The translations under genes and the position numbers were made by a program. Source: Pocillopora damicornis (lineage: Eukaryota). Taken from it: DNA of 64,000 bases. Position 1 is the first letter of the stretch. Each line of letters starts with the position of its first letter. Of the stretch, positions 58,878 through 64,000 are shown piece by piece. The notes beneath the pieces are model-generated. The model worked only from the letters and a program-made list of their open reading frames with translations, was not told the DNA's origin and did not search any database. The stretch lies in assembly GCF_003704095.1 (NCBI RefSeq), contig NW_020845694.1, positions 434,001 to 498,000 of the forward strand, in the 5' to 3' direction.

Positions 58878-61800
58878 CTTAAAGCTCCAACGCCAGCTAA
58901 GATTATCAAACTGTCAAATTAAATTCAGCCACTGCGAAACTGAATTATGTCTTGCTTAGGTAAAAAAGACTTTGCTGAAACAATACTTACACCTGTTGCT
59001 GAATCGACTGGACGGCAACAGGTTTGAAGCAAGTCACCCACGATTTATGCAAATGAATAGCATTATTTCGTCGTTATCCTTTTGCAACATACCACCTGGT
59101 AGTCAAAACATTTTCAGACCAGAATTCCTAACTCATGAGGTTCATGTTTCCAAGTATAACTGTAAATTATTATCACTTTGTCGGGCATTGTGGCGTACTG
59201 TGCCGGCTGGAATGGAGGTTTTGGCGTGCTTCAATGTATTTTGGCCCGCCTGCATGCTCACGTGATTGTTTAGGGCTGTTTTGTTGTCATTTTTCAGTTT
59301 TTATTTTCACCCTACCCTCTAAAGCGTTGCTGATAGTAATATAGTATATACTCTTGGCCATAAATACGTTTTGGGACTTTTAACTCTGGTCATTTTAACC
59401 CTGAATTGGGCCCAAACCATATTCACGCCAACTAACACAAATGCTATCGTTCTAACAATGGTTTAAATACCGCTAGTAACTCTTGATCTGTTCATAGTTT
59501 AACGTATTTCCTTTGAATCTCTCTTGGAGAAAATAATTGATCCAGTTCAACAAGACCTGCAACAATTTTTTTCCCATTCGTTTACCATCATCAGTAAAGT
59601 AGAAGTAGAATTCGGACAATCGTAGAGTATAGTTAAGTTACAGATCTTAGTTTCTTTTTTCCGCCCATCTCTCAATAATTAAATATCTTTTGACGCGACG
59701 CTCATTTCAATCAAAAGCATAACTTAAGCCAAACAATTATCCCAAAAGCAAAATCAACATTTTTACCGCGATGATGCTGTTCTTCATAGGCCCGTTAACA
59801 ATCTTTATCGTGCGAAGAAAATTAATCAATTTTTCAAAATTAAACAAAGGGGATTGCCTTTTAAGCAACATTCTTATTATAACTCAAAATAAGAATTTTA
59901 CGTTACTCTTGATTTTTTTAACTTCAGCCAAACTTCTAGACACTTAATTAATGACTAACGCATTCAATCTCCACGTAAGAAATTTGAGGTCGACGATATG
60001 ACAACACTTTCATTAGTGGTTCCTCGTGAACAGCGTGAACAGACATGTAAATAAATCTTCGTCGCCACAAATTTAGCAAACCTTCTTGCTATTGTTTCAA
60101 AAAGAGAAAAAGAAACAAGGCCAATAAAATTTTCTCATGCAACCAATAATTCTGGAATACCCCAAAAATAGAAAAAGCACTGCGTACCGGATTTCAGAGC
60201 TCAGCGATGTAGTCCAAAATTTTAATTTTTCTCAATTTCTTTGTAATATATTCGCGTAAATTGGAAAATCTACGAAGAATATTATCCCGTTTAACTTACC
60301 CCTGTGTACAAATATATCGTCATGTTCATTGATATTTCACTCAAAAGTTTTATGAATGAAGGCAATGTCATTATCAGAACCTTGCAAATTGACGCTCGCA
60401 ATTATTGCTTTTTTCGAAAACTTAAAAATCTAGATTACCTCATGAGCCAAAACTTTATAAAACGGACAGTACGCATACAATCTTTAATTAAAGCCGTCAA
60501 AAGTCTGATCTTCGGCTTTTAAATGTAAATAAACAGAATTGCTCTGATCAAATAATCCTTTAATTAACTCTTGCGCGGAGCAGCTGCAGATGACTTGTAA
60601 AATCAAAAAACAAATTAAACTCATCATTAGTGCTGAGAGGATAATTCAGCCGTGAAACACTAAGAACATCTTCACCGAAACATGTAAAGCATGAACCTAA
60701 CAGAAGGTAAGAAGATTTCTGTTATCTCTCTGGTTTACAAATATGAATCTTGTTTGTGGCCCTCGCAAGCGAAGGTGTTTTCTGTTGCCGGTTGGTACAC
60801 CTTACAGATTATGGTCCACTCACATTTTTTTTGCTTTGATCCTCGTTCGTGAGAAATGACTTAACTCTTTTTAACATTTTTTTATTATTATCTTTTTTTT
60901 TATAACAAAAGCTCTACTTCTTTTTTTAATTTATTTTAGCCGACGATTTTTCACTCGGAAGTGAAATAAGCACCCAATTGACAATAACCCTCATCGAAGT
61001 AACTTGCAAAATTGCAATCTTTTAATTAGAAGGTGACATATTGCTCCTACCTTAAAGCCTCTAGGTTTTTATTTTTCTTTTCTATTTTTTCTTTTGCCTT
61101 TTTTTGATGGCAGTACTTTTCCTTTCTTATTTGCTCAATCCAACCAACGGGGGCTCTTTGCTTTTTGACTGAAATGTAGATGAACGTGCCAAATTCAGTT
61201 TTCTTTTACTTCCCATCAGTTTATCTGCCAGACCAAAGATTGTATGTTTTTTTAAAATTTCTTCACTGATTCAAGCTGTGTATATAATTGTTTTTAAAAT
61301 GCAATCACTGCATGACGGTAGACGAAAAATGTTTTATATTGGAACATACTGAGATTCATAATCATTATTCGCGAAATTTTTCGTGTTGAAGTAAATATCG
61401 ACCGAATTAGCTGATGGCCCATCAGTTGTTTTCCATATTCATGTGTTTTGAATCGTGTCATCTGTTGAAAAAGAATGGCTGTATGCAAGTTATCAAGATT
61501 AATTTAACCACGATGAGATTGTTACGCGACGAGTGTAATCTGATTTTTACGTTTTATTTTTTTTATTACTATTTGCTAACTACGATGCGGTAAAAAAGAA
61601 ATCGACTTGGTATCTCAAATGAAGCAATATGACTTGGGGCTTTTCAGCATAATCCCAATTAAATACGCTTTGTCTGCCAATGCTTTGAATATATAACTCC
61701 AACTTTTTTTCAAAATGGCTAGAATCATTTTGTTATTTTGTTTGGCGAAAAGCCATGGATATCCGTTTTACCTTAATTTCGCAAGTCGTAATGATCTCTG

Positions 61801-61929
61801 AAACAACACCCAGTAGTTATTTGACCATTCAAGGACCATCATACATAAGATGAAATGCGGCTGTTCGTCAATGCGCATAATAAAAGTCTTCTTTCATTCC
61901 TTTTGTGCCATGATACTGAATATTCATCT

Positions 61930-63236
61930 TGAAACATGATTCATTTAAGCAATATACTTCATCAAAATAAACTTTTCAGAGAATATCTAATTTTTAGTAA
62001 CATTTGTTTGATGCAGAGAGTAAGAGTTTAGCGGCTAAAGACAAATAGATGTTGACGAGTATAATAAACAATTCCCACTCAGGATCTAACTAGGGATTTA
62101 CGGGTTGGAAAAATTACCTGTAGTAGCAATGAAAAATTTATATCATTAAAAGATTTTAAGGAGGAAACTGTCTCAAAAAATGCTCGCCTTTTTTCATCGT
62201 AAATTGCAAAGAGTGAAAAAAGTTGATTTCCGAAACTGAAAACATAAATTGGCCACCGTGAAGAGTTTAAGCCTTTAAACTCATTACGATGGCTAACTTA
62301 CGTTTCAACTCACTTGATGACACTATCCTGTTACACTCTCCCACCGACACAGCACCACAGTTTCTTTAGAAACTTATCCCCTTTATTAATTTCGAAACTG
62401 TCCAGTAGTAGGTAATAATCATAAAAGGAAATTGTCAGATGTTAAATGATATGAAAACACGTGTACACCAAGCACATTTAGTTCATCATTAATCCCGACG
62501 CTGAAGATTCATCTCAAGCTATATACTTCACTAGAATCAGATTTTCGGAGAATGTCTCATTTTTGATAACATTTGCTTGATAAAAAAAAGTAAGGGGTTT
62601 GTTGCTAAAAATAAATAGATGCTGACAAGCATAATAAATAATTCACACTCAGGTTCTAAATTTAGGATACATACCTGTCAATGACTGTGTATGCCAAACG
62701 TTCATAAACCTCTTTCAGTTCCCCACTTTGTAATTCAAATGCGGTGCAAATGAGTAAATCTATTTACAAAAACAATGATTAAGAAGTGATAACGGGTTAG
62801 AGCAATCAAACAAATTTTGAATTTCTTTCAAATTAGAGCAGCTGCTTCAGTTTCTATCGGTCGTAGGAAATGAGCGTTTACAGAACAGCGCTCGGCTCAT
62901 TGGATACTGGTCACTCGAAACCGACTCTAATTTCCTTCAGGCATTAGTAGAGGAGTTCATGCCCCATCGACAGGACAATGAATACAACTGCAGGGTGAAA
63001 TGGTGATTTACAGGTTGGAAAAATTACACATAGTAGCATGGTAAAATTTATATGATTAAGAGATTTAAGCGGGAAATTGCCACAAACAAAGCTCGCCTTA
63101 TTTCATCGTAAATTGCAAACAGTGCAAGCAGTTTGTTTCCGAAACTGTCCAGCACTAGGTGATTATCATAGAATGAAATTGTTCGATCCTCTATGATATG
63201 AAAACACGTGTACACCAAGCAAATGTAGTTCATCGT
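61930..63236. repeat. Old tandem duplication (units ~61930-62490 and ~62500-63236), each with its own insertion
   Basis: Shared blocks GATTCAT.T.AAGC.ATATACTTCA, GGTTGGAAAAATTAC, CATCGTAAATTGCAAA and TATGAAAACACGTGTACACCAAGCA in both units. Confidence 0.85.
62239..62392 (+). mobile_element. Penelope-like terminal fragment with inverted 5' piece and 8-bp target-site duplication
   Basis: Flanked by CGAAACTG at 62231-62238 and 62393-62400; the sister unit has a single CGAAACTG; ends CCCACCGACACAGCACCACAGTTTCTTTAGAAAC. Confidence 0.7.
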
Positions 63237-64000
63237 TTATTCTAAACTAGGTACTGTATAACTTAATTTCACCGTACAACAACGGCCTAAAAGGTAGGGA
63301 AAGAGAATTAATTTAACAAAATATGCCTCTACTCATGCGAGAAAGTAAGTTATACGAGTTTATATTACTAGAGTTTCCTTTCTGCGCAAATGAACCTCGG
63401 AGAGAACTTTATCAATATGAATTTTATTATTCGCAATTCAAAATAAGATGTGAATAGCAGCCAAGCTTTGCCTTTTAAAAGGAAAAAAGTCTTATATGAT
63501 AATCTGCGGTCTGCACTAATTTATCAACACCCGTGGAACGTATTGATGTATAACACTTCAGTCCATAAACTCATCAGATTCAGATGTAATTTTTTCCGAT
63601 TGCTTATAAAATTATTTGGCAACATTTTTTCACCGAAAAAATATATTCTGATCATATCGAAAGAGGACGCGTCAACATTTTTGCTGTTTATATATTTATG
63701 TTTGAATACAATAGTAGCATAAATTGATATTCTTCCTTTCAGTCATCCCCAATCACTTACTTTTAATAAATACTGCGAAACGATCTTAAATTTTGAATAA
63801 TTTCTGTTCGAAAATGAGCGAAATCATTTGTAAAGTATCTGCGTCCCTCAGATAATTCGCAATTCTAAGTTACTATGGGGACGATGGGGGAGGGGCAATT
63901 ATCACAGAGCCATCGTTCTTGTAACACTCAAGAGCTCTTGAAAACAAGTACCAGAATAAAATTTACCCCACAATCAAATTCATAGTTATTTCAATTTAGA

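Overview
AT-rich, intron-containing animal genomic DNA from a scaffold with nine N-gaps. The repeats and gene families look cnidarian, probably a stony coral (inference). Two gene families are interleaved. (1) Four paralogous multi-exon EF-hand prolyl 4-hydroxylase (P4HTM-like) genes: A (-, 3442 to beyond the window start), B (+, 38664-44958), C (-, 50364-45966) and D (-, 58877-52514). D carries an extra internal ShKT exon and a GC-AG intron. (2) Between the divergently oriented genes A and B lies an array of single-exon orphan class A GPCRs: five ORFs (one with a helix-8 nonsense codon) and three pseudogenes. One GPCR is head-to-head with gene B across about 260-315 bp. The cluster also holds five tRNA-Glu genes or pseudogenes, three tRNA-Glu relics and one tRNA-Lys. 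Mobile and repeat DNA includes Penelope-like and LINE RT fragments, MITE/SINE-like repeats, a 24-bp minisatellite and local inverted and tandem duplications. A ~260-nt structured element carrying a type I hammerhead ribozyme (retrozyme-like) sits inside one GPCR pseudogene.
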